Positions 10,666 to 21,104 of a stretch of DNA of 64,000 bases are shown here, in pieces. The translations under genes and the position numbers were made by a program. The stretch is from NCBI GenBank assembly GCA_963777605.1, contig CAVZRV010000006.1, forward strand, positions 107,648 through 171,647, in the 5' to 3' direction. The stretch comes from an uncultured Acidobacteriota bacterium (GTDB lineage: Bacteria > Acidobacteriota > UBA6911 > RPQK01 > JAPXNP01). Under the pieces are notes generated by a model that made no database searches, was not told where the DNA came from, and saw only the letters and a program-made list of their open reading frames with translations. Numbering within the stretch: the stretch's first letter is position 1; every line of letters starts with the position of its first letter.

Positions 10666-11496
10666 ATGGAAAATTCTTTCAATCGGCGCAAGTTCCTCGT
10701 GACGTCCGCTTCAGTCGTGGCATTGACCGGAGTGGGACCGGTCGAGGCTCGAAACGCCCCGGGCGAACTGAAGCTCGGGGTTGCCACCTACTCACTTCGC
10801 AAGTTCCCAAGAGACAAGGCGATCGAGATACTGAAACAGCTCGACGTCTCCTATGTCAGCATCAAGTCCTTTCACCTGCCCTACGAAGGCTCCGCCCAGG
10901 AGACCGCGGCCGGGAGCCAGGAGTTTCGGGATGCCGGGTTCACGGTTCTGAGTGGTGGCAACATCAGTCTCCAGAATCCGGCCGAGCTGCGTGCCATGTT
11001 CGAGTATGCCAAGGCGGCCGGAATGCCGATGATGGTCTGTGCCCCGACGCCCCAAACCCTGGACGCGGTCGAAAAGCTGGTCCAGGAGTTCAACATCAAG
11101 ATTGCGATTCACAATCACGGTCCGGAAGACAACGAGTTCCCTTCCCCCGAAAGTGCCCTGGTTGCTCTGAAGGGAAGGGACCGGCGGATGGGTCTCTGTA
11201 TCGACGTCGGCCACACGGCCCGGACGGGAGCCGATGTCGTGGAGTGGATTCGAAGGGCGGGGCCCCGTCTCTTCGACGTCCACATCAAGGACCTAGCCGA
11301 CCTGATGGCCGCCGACAGCCAGGTCGCGGTCGGTCAGGGAGCCATGCCGGTTACCGCGATTTTCCGACAACTCCTGGACATGAACTACCAGGGCGGCGTC
11401 ATGCTCGAGTACGAGATCCATCCCGACGATCCCCTGCCGGGCATGATCGAGTCCATCGCATACATGCGGGGAGTTCTGGACGGCTTGGCTGTCTAG
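10666..11496 (+). CDS. Tat-exported sugar phosphate isomerase/epimerase (xylose isomerase-like TIM barrel)
   Basis: NRRKFL Tat motif, IHNHG, DVGH, HIKD, LEYE. Confidence 0.92.
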   Translation: MENSFNRRKFLVTSASVVALTGVGPVEARNAPGELKLGVATYSLRKFPRDKAIEILKQLDVSYVSIKSFHLPYEGSAQETAAGSQEFRDAGFTVLSGGNISLQNPAELRAMFEYAKAAGMPMMVCAPTPQTLDAVEKLVQEFNIKIAIHNHGPEDNEFPSPESALVALKGRDRRMGLCIDVGHTARTGADVVEWIRRAGPRLFDVHIKDLADLMAADSQVAVGQGAMPVTAIFRQLLDMNYQGGVMLEYEIHPDDPLPGMIESIAYMRGVLDGLAV

Positions 11497-11614
11497 ACCG
11501 AATCCCTCCAGTCGAGACCTTTTCGATGCCCTGTCCGGGCGAGAAAGTCCTCCGCCCGGACAGCCTTCTCCGAACGGATCGAAAGATTTCCCAGGTGGCC
11601 GGCTGCCGCTGACT

Positions 11615-11845
11615 TTATTGAACGTGCCAGTGATCGGGGGCACCGATGATGACCGCGTCAATATCCGTGCGTTCCAGGTGCCTTCGATCGTCCACCACCT
11701 CATCCGCGCCTGGAGCCAGTTCCGTTTTGGCGCGACTCCGGTTCAGTCCGTAACCATCACACACCGCAGCGAACTCGGTTCCACCTGCGTTATTCGCCAG
11801 CCGCATGAGGTACCGGCATCGCCCGCCGGTACCGACCGCCCCCGG
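11615..11845 (-). pseudogene. N-terminal remnant of a Gfo/Idh/MocA oxidoreductase
   Basis: Minus frame reads GAVGTGGRCRYLM...AAVCD...IDAVIIGAPDHWHVQ-stop; no start region and no C-terminal domain. Confidence 0.75.
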
Positions 11846-13400
11846 AAGAAGACGAAGGAAAGAGTCTCACCACCATTACGCCGTGAGGCCCAATGCTGGC
11901 GTAAAATTCATCCCTGAATCCTTCGAGGTCAACCTGGCGCCATAGGTCTCGAACTCTCCCGACTCGCGACAGGCCCAGCTCCGCCCAGCCAACCTTCATT
12001 TCCCGGTCCTTCCCGGACAGGTTGAATAGGCCAACCGCGACAGAACCATCCTCGAGCGGTTTCGCCAGCACGAACTCCTGTGCCGTCTGGCGAAGAACGC
12101 GGGCCTGGCGGCCCAGGGAATCCTGGTCGACATCGATGATCTCGGCGTTGCAAAGCACGTTCAGCGTAAAGTCGTCGAGGCGGCTCATGTCACCCGAGAA
12201 GATCAGGGGAGCGGCCATGAGTGCCCACATCGACATATAGCTATATTGCTCGTTTCCACTCAGAGTGGTCGGACGCCCCTCCCCCATCCGGTGGGCGTCG
12301 CCGACCCAGCCGATGAGGATGTAGTCAGGGTCATTCCACGCCCCCGGGCCGGCATTGGCGAAATGGGCCGCGTTCTTCAGGCCGATCGAATAGAATCCGG
12401 GCAGGCTGGTTGCCGCCTCCAACCCCAGGTCCCCGGTTGTTCTCCAGCACTGTCCGCCGACACTCTCTCCCCAGTTCCAGACGTCGCCCATCCCGTACTG
12501 GCAGAGGTTGAGCAGCACGTCCCGATCGAGTCCCCCCAGGACCCCTCCCATTAGTCGATAGGGTTTCTCAAGCCGCGGGAGCCCTTCGCCCGTGGCAACC
12601 CGTTCATAGGAGCACCAGTCATACTTGAGAAAGTCAAAACCCCACTCGGCGAACTGCTCGGCATCGAGCCGCTCATGTTCGTAGCTGCCCGTGTATCCGG
12701 CGCAGGTCGTCGGCCCCGGAGAGGTGTACAGGCCGGCCCTCAAACCCTTGGCGTGAATGTAGTCGGTCATCGCCTTCATGTCTGGAAAGTAGCCGTTCGG
12801 AAGGATCGCCCCGTTCCCATCTCTCGCCTCGCCTGCCCGCAGCGGGTCGCTGTGACCAGGCTTGTTCATCCAGCAGTCGTCTATGTTCACGTACATATAC
12901 CCGAAATCGGCCATCCCACTGGCCACCATCATGTCGGCGGCCTCCCGCATGACGGCATCGGTGACCCGGTCGTAGTGGATGTACCAGCTGTTCCAGCCCA
13001 TCGGGGGAGTCAGCGCCAGCTTCGATCCGACCACGATCACGAAAGGTCGTTCCGAGGCACCGGACCCGTTCTCCGCCTTTAAGGTGACGCGGTACCGTCC
13101 AGGCTTCCCCGGAACTCTACCGGAAATGATTCCCGATGAAGAATCGAGGACGAGTCCCTCGGGGAGATCCACGGCGCTGAATCGGATCGGCCGAGTCCCC
13201 GTGCAGGGAATCCGATAGGTGAAAGGGTGCCCGGGCCTGGCTCCAAATACCCGGGGACCATTGATCTGCGGAGCCGGTCCCGGAGCAGGAGTCAGGATGA
13301 TTGAGGCATCCCCCTGGCTCGCTCCCTCCGCCGGGGCCGTTCCCGAAATCATGACTCCGATTATCACCGCGAATGCCAAACCCAGCCGTGTCTTCACCAC
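11790..13400 (-). CDS. alpha-galactosidase (GH27) with N-terminal Ig-like domain
   Basis: LALTPPMGWNSW, YVNIDDCW, DFLKYDWC, WRTTGD, WNDPD; LPEGLVLD..SGIISG Ig repeat; signal peptide. Confidence 0.95.
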   Translation of the reverse strand: MVKTRLGLAFAVIIGVMISGTAPAEGASQGDASIILTPAPGPAPQINGPRVFGARPGHPFTYRIPCTGTRPIRFSAVDLPEGLVLDSSSGIISGRVPGKPGRYRVTLKAENGSGASERPFVIVVGSKLALTPPMGWNSWYIHYDRVTDAVMREAADMMVASGMADFGYMYVNIDDCWMNKPGHSDPLRAGEARDGNGAILPNGYFPDMKAMTDYIHAKGLRAGLYTSPGPTTCAGYTGSYEHERLDAEQFAEWGFDFLKYDWCSYERVATGEGLPRLEKPYRLMGGVLGGLDRDVLLNLCQYGMGDVWNWGESVGGQCWRTTGDLGLEAATSLPGFYSIGLKNAAHFANAGPGAWNDPDYILIGWVGDAHRMGEGRPTTLSGNEQYSYMSMWALMAAPLIFSGDMSRLDDFTLNVLCNAEIIDVDQDSLGRQARVLRQTAQEFVLAKPLEDGSVAVGLFNLSGKDREMKVGWAELGLSRVGRVRDLWRQVDLEGFRDEFYASIGPHGVMVVRLFPSSSSGGGRYRRAMPVPHAAGE

Positions 13401-13524
13401 GTACCTCCTGCCACGTTGATCGAAAGCCCGCTTCCTGGAACTCTAAAGGACCGCTGCCCTGGAAACAACACTTTGCACGCACCCGTTGACAGGCTTCGGC
13501 CCGTGTTGAGAGACTGCCGATTGT

Positions 13525-14301
13525 ATGGTCGATGATCTCTACCTTCCGGTAAATGATGAAACCGAGATTGATCGAGTCCTGGTCGGATTTCCGGCGGTCG
13601 TCGATCGAAGACAGTTCGTTGAATTCGTTCAAGGCTTCCCGAGGCGTTACCTCATCCAGACACCGAAGGTGGAAATCGTCAAGCACTACCTTCTGGCCCA
13701 AAGCCTGTCGAGCCATCGAATCATCACGGCGCTTTCCGAAGAGAAGGGTCGCTGGAAGCTTTCCGTACTCACCCGTGACCGGTCGTTTCTTTTCGCCCAG
13801 ATTTCAGGGACTCTGAGCTGTTTCGGGATGAACATCGTGACCGCCGAAGCTTTTGCGAACGCTCACGAAATCGTTCTCGACACCTTCTACCTCGAGGACC
13901 CGGCCAACAAGTTCCAAGACACCGGGGAACGCCAGATTTTTCAGGACCTCCTGGAAGACATCGTTTCCGGAACGATTGCTCTCGAACCGATGCTCCAAAA
14001 CCTCTGGCCAGATATTGACTCGTGGCAGGAGGAACGGATCGATGTCAGCTTTGACAATGAGACTCTCAGCTCCTCAACCCTGATGGGGCTCCGCTGCCGG
14101 GACCGGTTCGGTCTCCTCTACCTGACCAGCCACTTCCTCTCGGAGCGCGGTTACTCGATCGAGATGGCCTATATCCGTACCAAGGGCGCAGAGGCCGACG
14201 ACGAGTTCTATCTCAGGATCAACAACCGGAAACTCGAACCGCACCACCTCGAGGAGTTGCACGAAGCCTTTCAGCACTTCTCCGTTCCCCGCTTCGCGTG
14301 A
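13525..14301 (+). CDS. stand-alone GlnD C-terminal-like protein (two ACT domains)
   Basis: FPRRYL linker, ACT1 (DRSFLFAQISGTL..GMNIVTAEAF..VLDTFYL) and ACT2 (FDNE..RDRFGLLY..IRTKGAEADDEFY); no nucleotidyltransferase or HD domain. Confidence 0.8.
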   Translation: MVDDLYLPVNDETEIDRVLVGFPAVVDRRQFVEFVQGFPRRYLIQTPKVEIVKHYLLAQSLSSHRIITALSEEKGRWKLSVLTRDRSFLFAQISGTLSCFGMNIVTAEAFANAHEIVLDTFYLEDPANKFQDTGERQIFQDLLEDIVSGTIALEPMLQNLWPDIDSWQEERIDVSFDNETLSSSTLMGLRCRDRFGLLYLTSHFLSERGYSIEMAYIRTKGAEADDEFYLRINNRKLEPHHLEELHEAFQHFSVPRFA

Positions 14302-14491
14302 CCCGCAACTTCAAGCGAATGATCTTCGGGCCTCCTTGGCGGTGCTGTCAGACGATGATCGATTTGAGGTCACGAAAACCAGATCCGCAGTCAGTTCCCT
14401 GCGCCTGGTCCAGATTCCGGGCACACAGTACCTGCTAAACCCGTCGAAAACATGGCAACTGTGACCTCACCATGTGTTATTTTTGCTGGCC

Positions 14492-15836
14492 ATGAAGCTG
14501 TCTCGGCCCTCGATTGTCCCGTCACCTCGATCACTCGTCACATCCGTGTCACTGCTGGTTGTTGGCGCACTCCTTTTCGGTTCCTGCAGCCAGCGCCCGG
14601 ACAGCGCCAATGCGTTTCACATGGAGCAGGCGACGCTCTTTCGCGGAACCCGCCCCTATCCCCTACGAGCCGTCCAATGGGACCGACTGGGAGATCCTGG
14701 ATTGGGGATCATCGAGAAAGCAAAGGTTCTGAACCAGGTTTGTCGAGTCGGCGGCAACTCCGTGGTAGTTGAGCTTCCCCGAGTCGAGTGCGTGACCGGT
14801 TCTCCGGTCTCGGTCTGGCTCAGCGCAGCAGCCGGACTCGTGGAGGAAACCCGAAAACGGAGTATGGGGCTGATCCTTCGGGTGGACAGCGATTGCGGAA
14901 CTCCGCCCTCTGTACTGACTGAGTACCTGGCGAAGGCATTTGGAGCAAATCGCTCGATTCTGCTCTGGATCGATGGAACCCGCGCTGCCGAGGTCGTCCA
15001 AGGCCTTCGATCGTCGCACTCAACGAACGTTCTTGCTCTCTTCCTCCGCCGGTGCCGATCTCTCGATGCAATCGCAACCGGGAGCTCGTTCGGGTTCCGT
15101 CCTTCTGGATCCCGCCGCTCTTGCCGGCGAGAACGAGCACTACATTCTCCTGGGAGGCGGATCAGCACTGACCCGCCTCGACGAAGTCTATGGACCCACT
15201 CAACAGGTTTACGCCGGTCCGCCCGACGGCGAGGGTTTCCGCCCCCTGTTCGACGGCACCAGCCTCGACAGTTGGAAGGCATCGGGTGACCCTTCGGGCT
15301 GGGGAGTCGTGGATGGAACCATCGCCTGGAAACACCGCGGAGGAGGACGACTCGAGACGCTGGCCCGCTTTTCGGACTTCGTCCTCCGGCTGGAGTGGAA
15401 AATCGAGGATGGTGGCAACAGCGGCCTCTTCATCCGCTGTCCCGCCGCCGGCAGAGAATCCCGGATCGGCATGGAACTGCAGCTATTCGGTGACTATGGC
15501 CAGGCGGCAAACCGTAACGGGACTGCGGCAATCTACGACGTCGTTGCCCCATCCGAGAATGCCTCCCTGCCCGCCGGAGAATGGAACCGGATGGAAGTCG
15601 AATGCCGGGGGTCAAACCTGCGTGTAGAACTCAACGGGAAGACCGTCCAGGACCTCGACCTGGACACAGTTCCAGAACTGAGCGTGCGCCTTCGCGACGG
15701 CTTTATCGCGTTGCAGGACCATGGAGACCCGATCGAGTTTCGCAGTATCCGGATCAAGCCTCTCGAAGCAAGTCTCAACAGCTCGGATTCCTCGGATCAA
15801 CAGCCGGTACCGGCAACAGGCCCAGTTCAACCTTAG
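14492..15836 (+). CDS. lipoprotein with C-terminal DUF1080 (3-keto-disaccharide hydrolase-like) domain; frameshift near ~15040
   Basis: Lipobox LFGSC; LFDGTSL..W, DFVLRLEWK..GNSG, GEWNRMEV, GFIALQDHG..FRSIRIK. Confidence 0.82.
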
Positions 15837-15840
15837 TGCG

Positions 15841-17310
15841 TTACTCGTAATACCACTTTGACATCCAGGGATCGCAAGTCCGGCGCTGAAACTCCTTCAG
15901 TTTTCCCTTGAGTTCCTCCAGCACGCTCGCGAAGTCCGGGTCTCCGGCAAGGTTCTTCGATTCCCAGGGGTCCTTGACGATGTCGTAGAGTTCGAACTCG
16001 GGCCGATGAATGTATTCCCCGACGGTTCGGGCTCCGTAGGGAGTCTCTGGTCCTTTTCGATAGGCGGCCTGCCAGGTTGCAGCAGCCCAAAGATCGGACG
16101 CAAATGGAAACGGCAGCGGATGGGCAATGTTCCAGATCAGCTTGTACTGACGGGTTCGGACGGCCCTCATCGGGTAGTACATCTGGAGCTCGTGAAAGGT
16201 GTGTGAAGCATAGGCCTCATCCCAGCCTTCCGGGTGCTCCTGCTCGAGAATCCCGAGGAAGGAGCGTCCGTGCAACCGGTGACGAGCGGGGAATTGGTCC
16301 CGCACGGCCGGAATGGTCACCTGATTCTCATATTCGGGTTGCTCGACCCCTGCAAAGTCCAGGATCGTCGGCGTGAGATCCGCCCAGTTCACCAGGGCGT
16401 CGTTTACAACTCCCCGCTTCACAAGATAGGGATTTCTGACGATGCAGGGCGACTTCAACCCCGGTTCGTAAACCGTCGTTTTGGCACCAGGAAAAGCGAT
16501 TCCATGATCCGAAATGTAGATGAACAGCGTGTCGTCAAACACGCCGATATCCTCGAGTACCTCGACCAGCATCCCGACTCCCTGGTCGAGACGGGACACG
16601 GACTGGTAATACTGGGCCAACTCAGCCCGGGCTTCCGGTGAGTCGGGAAGGAACGGCGGCACGATCACCTCCGACGGGTCATAAGTGATCGTCCGGATAT
16701 CCGGGTATCCGTCCGGCCGGTTGCCGAACCGGTCCGGACGAAGGGGAGACGACTCGACCACCCCCCCTCCGCGGTGCGGATCCGAGACACAAAAGTAAAG
16801 GAAAAAGGGCTCTTCGGTCGACTTCTCGATGAAGCCGCGACACTTGGCGATCATCTCGGACGGGCTTCGCTCCGAACCGGGGTAAAACTCGTCGAACTGA
16901 TAGACCGACTCGGGAGCGACGTGGTACTTGCCGACTGACGCGGTCCGATAGCCTTTCTCCCCCAGTAGAACCGGCAGGCTCTTGAGGTTTTCAAATGACC
17001 AGAAGTGGTTGTAGTCGTGCTGGTGTCCATACTGGCCGGTCCTGTGGTTGTAGAGCCCGGTCAGGATCACCGATCGACTGGCACTGCAGCTCGCAGTCGT
17101 CGCAAATGCGTTGGTGAACCGGGTGCCTCCCTCGGCCAGGGAATCCAGGTGCGGCGTCTGCACGACCGGGTTTCCATAGCAGCCGGCATCCTGCCCGTGG
17201 TCGTCGGCCACGAACAGAACGATATTCCGCTTAGCCGCGTAGCCATTCCGGGCACCAGCCAGCATCAACAGAACAAACCCGAAGACAATAACCCTACCGA
17301 GTTTCATCAC
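15841..17310 (-). CDS. sulfatase (heparan N-sulfatase/sulfamidase-like)
   Basis: ADDHG, formylglycine motif CSASR.VILTG, GKYHV, DPHR, SDHG, ELYDIVKDPWE; signal peptide. Confidence 0.95.
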   Translation of the reverse strand: MMKLGRVIVFGFVLLMLAGARNGYAAKRNIVLFVADDHGQDAGCYGNPVVQTPHLDSLAEGGTRFTNAFATTASCSASRSVILTGLYNHRTGQYGHQHDYNHFWSFENLKSLPVLLGEKGYRTASVGKYHVAPESVYQFDEFYPGSERSPSEMIAKCRGFIEKSTEEPFFLYFCVSDPHRGGGVVESSPLRPDRFGNRPDGYPDIRTITYDPSEVIVPPFLPDSPEARAELAQYYQSVSRLDQGVGMLVEVLEDIGVFDDTLFIYISDHGIAFPGAKTTVYEPGLKSPCIVRNPYLVKRGVVNDALVNWADLTPTILDFAGVEQPEYENQVTIPAVRDQFPARHRLHGRSFLGILEQEHPEGWDEAYASHTFHELQMYYPMRAVRTRQYKLIWNIAHPLPFPFASDLWAAATWQAAYRKGPETPYGARTVGEYIHRPEFELYDIVKDPWESKNLAGDPDFASVLEELKGKLKEFQRRTCDPWMSKWYYE

Positions 17311-17439
17311 AACCTCCGGTCGGGAATTCTAGCACCGCCTCCCAAGCTTCGACACCCCAGGCCGGCGTGCACGGCCAGGCTGCCCACCGCCGTGCTTCTT
17401 GAACTCGAATGATGGGCTCCGGTATCTTTGTGTGCAAGC

Positions 17440-17982
17440 ATGAAACTCCGGGTCACCCTTTTCTTGCTGTTCTTTATCGGTGTTGCGTTTGCCAATGACG
17501 CCGAGCTGAACACACTCAGCTTCGACGCCGATGCGCTCAAGCAGGAGTTCAACGCGACCAACGACCGCTCCAGGATGATCGTGATCCTGTCTCCGACCTG
17601 ACCGCATTGTCTTCAGAGGGCCTCTGAACTTGAACAAATTCTTGAGCAACTCCCAAACCGGCCGATCCGGGTCCTTCTCTTGTGGTCTCCGTTCATGCCG
17701 TACGACACTCGCGGCGCCGCTCAGCGAGCGACCACGTACGTCCCCGACGAGCGGGTGACTCAGTACTGGGATCTCTGGAAATACGGGTCGCGCACACTGG
17801 CACAGAAACTGGGGATTCCAGAACTTGAGGCGTGGGATCTGTTCGCCTTTTACAGACCCAATCTAAGCTGGAAGGACAAGACGCCCGAGCCCACCTTCTG
17901 GATGCAGGCCCGGGGACTCAAACACGGCGAAGAGTATTCCAAGGCGGCATTGACGAGCAAGCTGGAAACCTGGTTGCCCTGA
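17440..17982 (+). CDS. exported thioredoxin-fold selenoprotein (UxxC; TGA at 17599-17601 read as Sec)
   Basis: ATG 17440 is in frame with ORF 17680-17982; translation MKLRVTLFLLFFIGVAFA...IVILSPT-U-PHCLQRA...; a hairpin follows the TGA. Confidence 0.85.
17612..17628 (+). promoter_or_regulatory. candidate bacterial SECIS hairpin
   Basis: TTCAGAG-GGC-CTCTGAA, perfect 7-bp stem with a G-initial loop about 17 nt after the in-frame TGA. Confidence 0.7.
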
Positions 17983-18108
17983 TGTCCGAACCGGGCCACC
18001 GTGCCTTGATCTAGTCGAGCAAGTTGATTCCCCCCACAGCTTGCCATTCTCTATCACCTCTGTGCACAATCGGTGCGGGCACAGATCAAGTGCTCAAAGG
18101 CAGGCAAC

Positions 18109-19827
18109 ATGAATCGCTCTTCTTCCCCAATCTCTCTTCTCTTCATTCTCTCGGTCCTGGCAACGCTTTTCGTCCCTGCCGCGGCTGTAGCGCAACCGGC
18201 CCAGTCCGCTGTCGTGCGGATCGACCCGGGTTTGGCCCTGGTCGATTTCCTGGCCTTTGACCAGAGTGGAAAATTCGTCCCGGACCTGCGGGCGGACGAG
18301 GTGCAGCTCTTCGTTGACGGAAAGCCCGAGAAAGTTGATTTTTTCCAACTGGCTGACTTTCGCCCAGAACCGTCGGGTGGCGAATCCTCCCTGGGTTCGA
18401 CGCCGGGCAAGGAGTACACCGAGATCCGCGGCCCCAGCCCGATCATTTTCGTCTTTGACCTCGACAGTATGGAACCGAGCTCGCTGGCCCCTGCCCGGGA
18501 GTCTCTCAAGTCATTTCTTCAACAACCGCACCAAAATCGCCGTCTTTACATGCTTTTTGCGATTCAGGGTGGCCTCTCCCTGCGCTGCCGGTTGACTGAT
18601 GACCCGCAAGAGGTTCTCGATGCAGCAGAGTTGCTCACGATCAACCGAACCCCGGACACCTTCATCGGGCTGATCGAGCAGCTCGCCAAGACCTTCCGAA
18701 CCCTTGCCCCGGCTCGCCTCTATCTTCAGGCCATGCAGGATTCGGTCTCCGAAGCCAAGATCTTCGTCAATAACGCGATCAACCACTTGACGACCTTCAC
18801 CGAAGCGGCGACCGGGCTCGCCCACCAACTCGAGCCGCTTCCCGGTCGAAAGAGCGTGGTTCTGTATTCAAGCGGTTATCCGGTCACACCTTCGTCCACG
18901 GCTTTCCAGATCCTCCTCCAGTTCAACCACAGTGCCGGCCCTGAAGACATCATGCCGATGCACATACTGACCGCCCGGTTTGGCCAGCTGACGGATGAAA
19001 CCGGAACTGACCGGCTGCGGGCCGCACTCCGCGAACTCAACGGGAGTCAGACGTCCGTTTACGCAGTGAACACTGCCCGGTTGACTGGCGAGGGCCTGGC
19101 TAACTCTCCCGAGTCCCAATACATTCCTCGCTCTCTTCAGGGGCAGTACAACAGCGAGGACCGGAGCAGCCGAAAGTCGTTTCTCGAGCGCGTATCCGAT
19201 TCAACGGACGGGCTTTCGTCGGAGCTGACAGCGTTCGAAAAGCTCGAGAAACGGCTGCTTGAAGACAATTCCGCCTATTACGTCCTGGGGTTCCGGCCGT
19301 CCTGGAAGTTCAAGGAAGGATCGTTCAAGAAGTACGAGGTCAAGGTCGATCGGCCGGGAATTTCCGTTAAAGCCCGCTCCGGCTACCTGCTCCGCAAAGA
19401 GGACACGGCCCGGGACACGATTGAGTCCGCCTTTGAATTTCCCGAAGTATTTCGCGACTTCCCAACCGCGGGCACGGCCTCGGTGACAGGGAACCAGGTC
19501 TCGGTGCAACTTTCGATTCCCACCCAGGCGCTTCTATTCGGGACGGAGAACGGGAAGTGGGTTTGCAGGATTCGGGTATTAGGGGTGCTGGTCGATTCGT
19601 CGGGGACCTGGCAAACCGGGGGAAACAAGTACAGTATGGCCCGGGAGTTCAACCTCTCACTGGACAAGGCGCGCCTCGAGACATTGTTGAAGACCGCCAA
19701 CGTCACCGCTCCACTGACCGCCCAGGCACCGCCGGGACGCTACGAGCTGATCCTTGTCACCCGCCAGTGGCCGAGTGGAAGGGTCTCCACCTGGTACACC
19801 GACGTAGCGGTCCCGGAGCCCCAATAG
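18109..19827 (+). CDS. VWA-domain protein (VWFA-related acidobacterial family)
   Basis: VDFLAFDQSGKFVPDL..E.QLFVDGKP, PGRKSVVLYSSG, YYVLGFRP..VKVDRPG..ARSGY; signal peptide. Confidence 0.88.
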   Translation: MNRSSSPISLLFILSVLATLFVPAAAVAQPAQSAVVRIDPGLALVDFLAFDQSGKFVPDLRADEVQLFVDGKPEKVDFFQLADFRPEPSGGESSLGSTPGKEYTEIRGPSPIIFVFDLDSMEPSSLAPARESLKSFLQQPHQNRRLYMLFAIQGGLSLRCRLTDDPQEVLDAAELLTINRTPDTFIGLIEQLAKTFRTLAPARLYLQAMQDSVSEAKIFVNNAINHLTTFTEAATGLAHQLEPLPGRKSVVLYSSGYPVTPSSTAFQILLQFNHSAGPEDIMPMHILTARFGQLTDETGTDRLRAALRELNGSQTSVYAVNTARLTGEGLANSPESQYIPRSLQGQYNSEDRSSRKSFLERVSDSTDGLSSELTAFEKLEKRLLEDNSAYYVLGFRPSWKFKEGSFKKYEVKVDRPGISVKARSGYLLRKEDTARDTIESAFEFPEVFRDFPTAGTASVTGNQVSVQLSIPTQALLFGTENGKWVCRIRVLGVLVDSSGTWQTGGNKYSMAREFNLSLDKARLETLLKTANVTAPLTAQAPPGRYELILVTRQWPSGRVSTWYTDVAVPEPQ

Positions 19828-19863
19828 GTTCAGGGGACTCCGGGCATTTTTGCGATTCGGGTC

Positions 19864-20784
19864 TCAGCCGTTGATGAGGAGACGATCGACCCGGTTTGCG
19901 ACGTCTTTGAGGTAGGCCAGGTCTCCACCCCGGATCTCGACCGTCACAGGTCCGTGGTAGCCGACCTCCATCAACGCTTCCCGCACTGCCGGCCAGTTCA
20001 CGTCACCGTCGCCAAGGTTCACGAACTGGTAGCCTTCCCGCTTGAAGTCTTTCAGATGAACCTTGTCAATCCGGTAGCGCAGGGTGCGGATCCAATCCTC
20101 CGGGTAACCATAGAGCAGGACGTTGCCCACGTCGAAATAGGCCTTCAGCCAGGGACTGTTGAAGTGGTCAACGTAGCTGCGGAATTCAATCGGGCTGAGC
20201 AGAAACCGGTTCCAGACTTCCTCGATCGCAATCACCACTTCGAGTTCCTCGGCGAGAGGAAGCAGTTTCCCGACCTGCTCTACGGAGCGGTCCCAGGCGT
20301 CCTCGTAACGCGTCTCCGGATTTACTACCGCAGGGACCAGCAGCACGCTGTCGGCCCCCCAAAACTTGGCGTTCCGGAGAGACTGCCTCATTCCTTCGAG
20401 ACTCTTCTCCACTGCTTCGGGGTCACCGCTGGAGAGCGGGTACTTCCAGTGGGCCTGGTTCATCACATCGCGGATGATGATCCCTGCGTCCTCCGCCGCG
20501 CGCTTGATCTCCTCCGCGGTGGCTTGATCCGGCTCCGTGTAGGTCTGCACGTTTTGGAAACCCGCATCCCGGGCCAACTTCATTCGATCGGCAATGGACA
20601 GTTCCTTGGGCAACATCCCCCACACGACGCCCTTCGTCACCGGAAGCGGTTTTCCGGACGCACTGCCTGCTTGCGCGGCGGTTGCCGACGCGGTGATGCT
20701 CGCGGTTGATTTGGCCAGGACGGCTGCACCTGCTGCAGCCATAGACCCGGTCAGGAACTTTCTTCTGGTCGTATTTGAATTCAT
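19864..20784 (-). CDS. Tat-exported sugar phosphate isomerase/epimerase
   Basis: TRRKFL, LLVPAVV, IEEVWNRFLLSP, YFDVGN, HLKDF. Confidence 0.92.
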   Translation of the reverse strand: MNSNTTRRKFLTGSMAAAGAAVLAKSTASITASATAAQAGSASGKPLPVTKGVVWGMLPKELSIADRMKLARDAGFQNVQTYTEPDQATAEEIKRAAEDAGIIIRDVMNQAHWKYPLSSGDPEAVEKSLEGMRQSLRNAKFWGADSVLLVPAVVNPETRYEDAWDRSVEQVGKLLPLAEELEVVIAIEEVWNRFLLSPIEFRSYVDHFNSPWLKAYFDVGNVLLYGYPEDWIRTLRYRIDKVHLKDFKREGYQFVNLGDGDVNWPAVREALMEVGYHGPVTVEIRGGDLAYLKDVANRVDRLLING

Positions 20785-21104
20785 CGTCTCTCCTTCAGTA
20801 TCGACATAACGCAATCAACGCCTGCTTTCGGCGCTCCTCCCTGTTTGAACAATGAGAAGACCTCCCCGAACCCGAGTCTATGCACCAGGACCGGGTCGGT
20901 CAATAGTTCGTACTCGGTTTCCCCTTCGATCAATTCCACGAGCCTTCACGACCATCCCCATCTTTTGGAAATTGCACCAGAGCATAGCCTGAGTATACAA
21001 TCCTGTGTCATCTCTTTCTCTACTTGTCATTTCCATCAATTCCAGTACTTCACTGTTCACTGGCGGTGAAGATCCGAAGGAATCTCTTTCGAGGAGACAG
21101 CACC

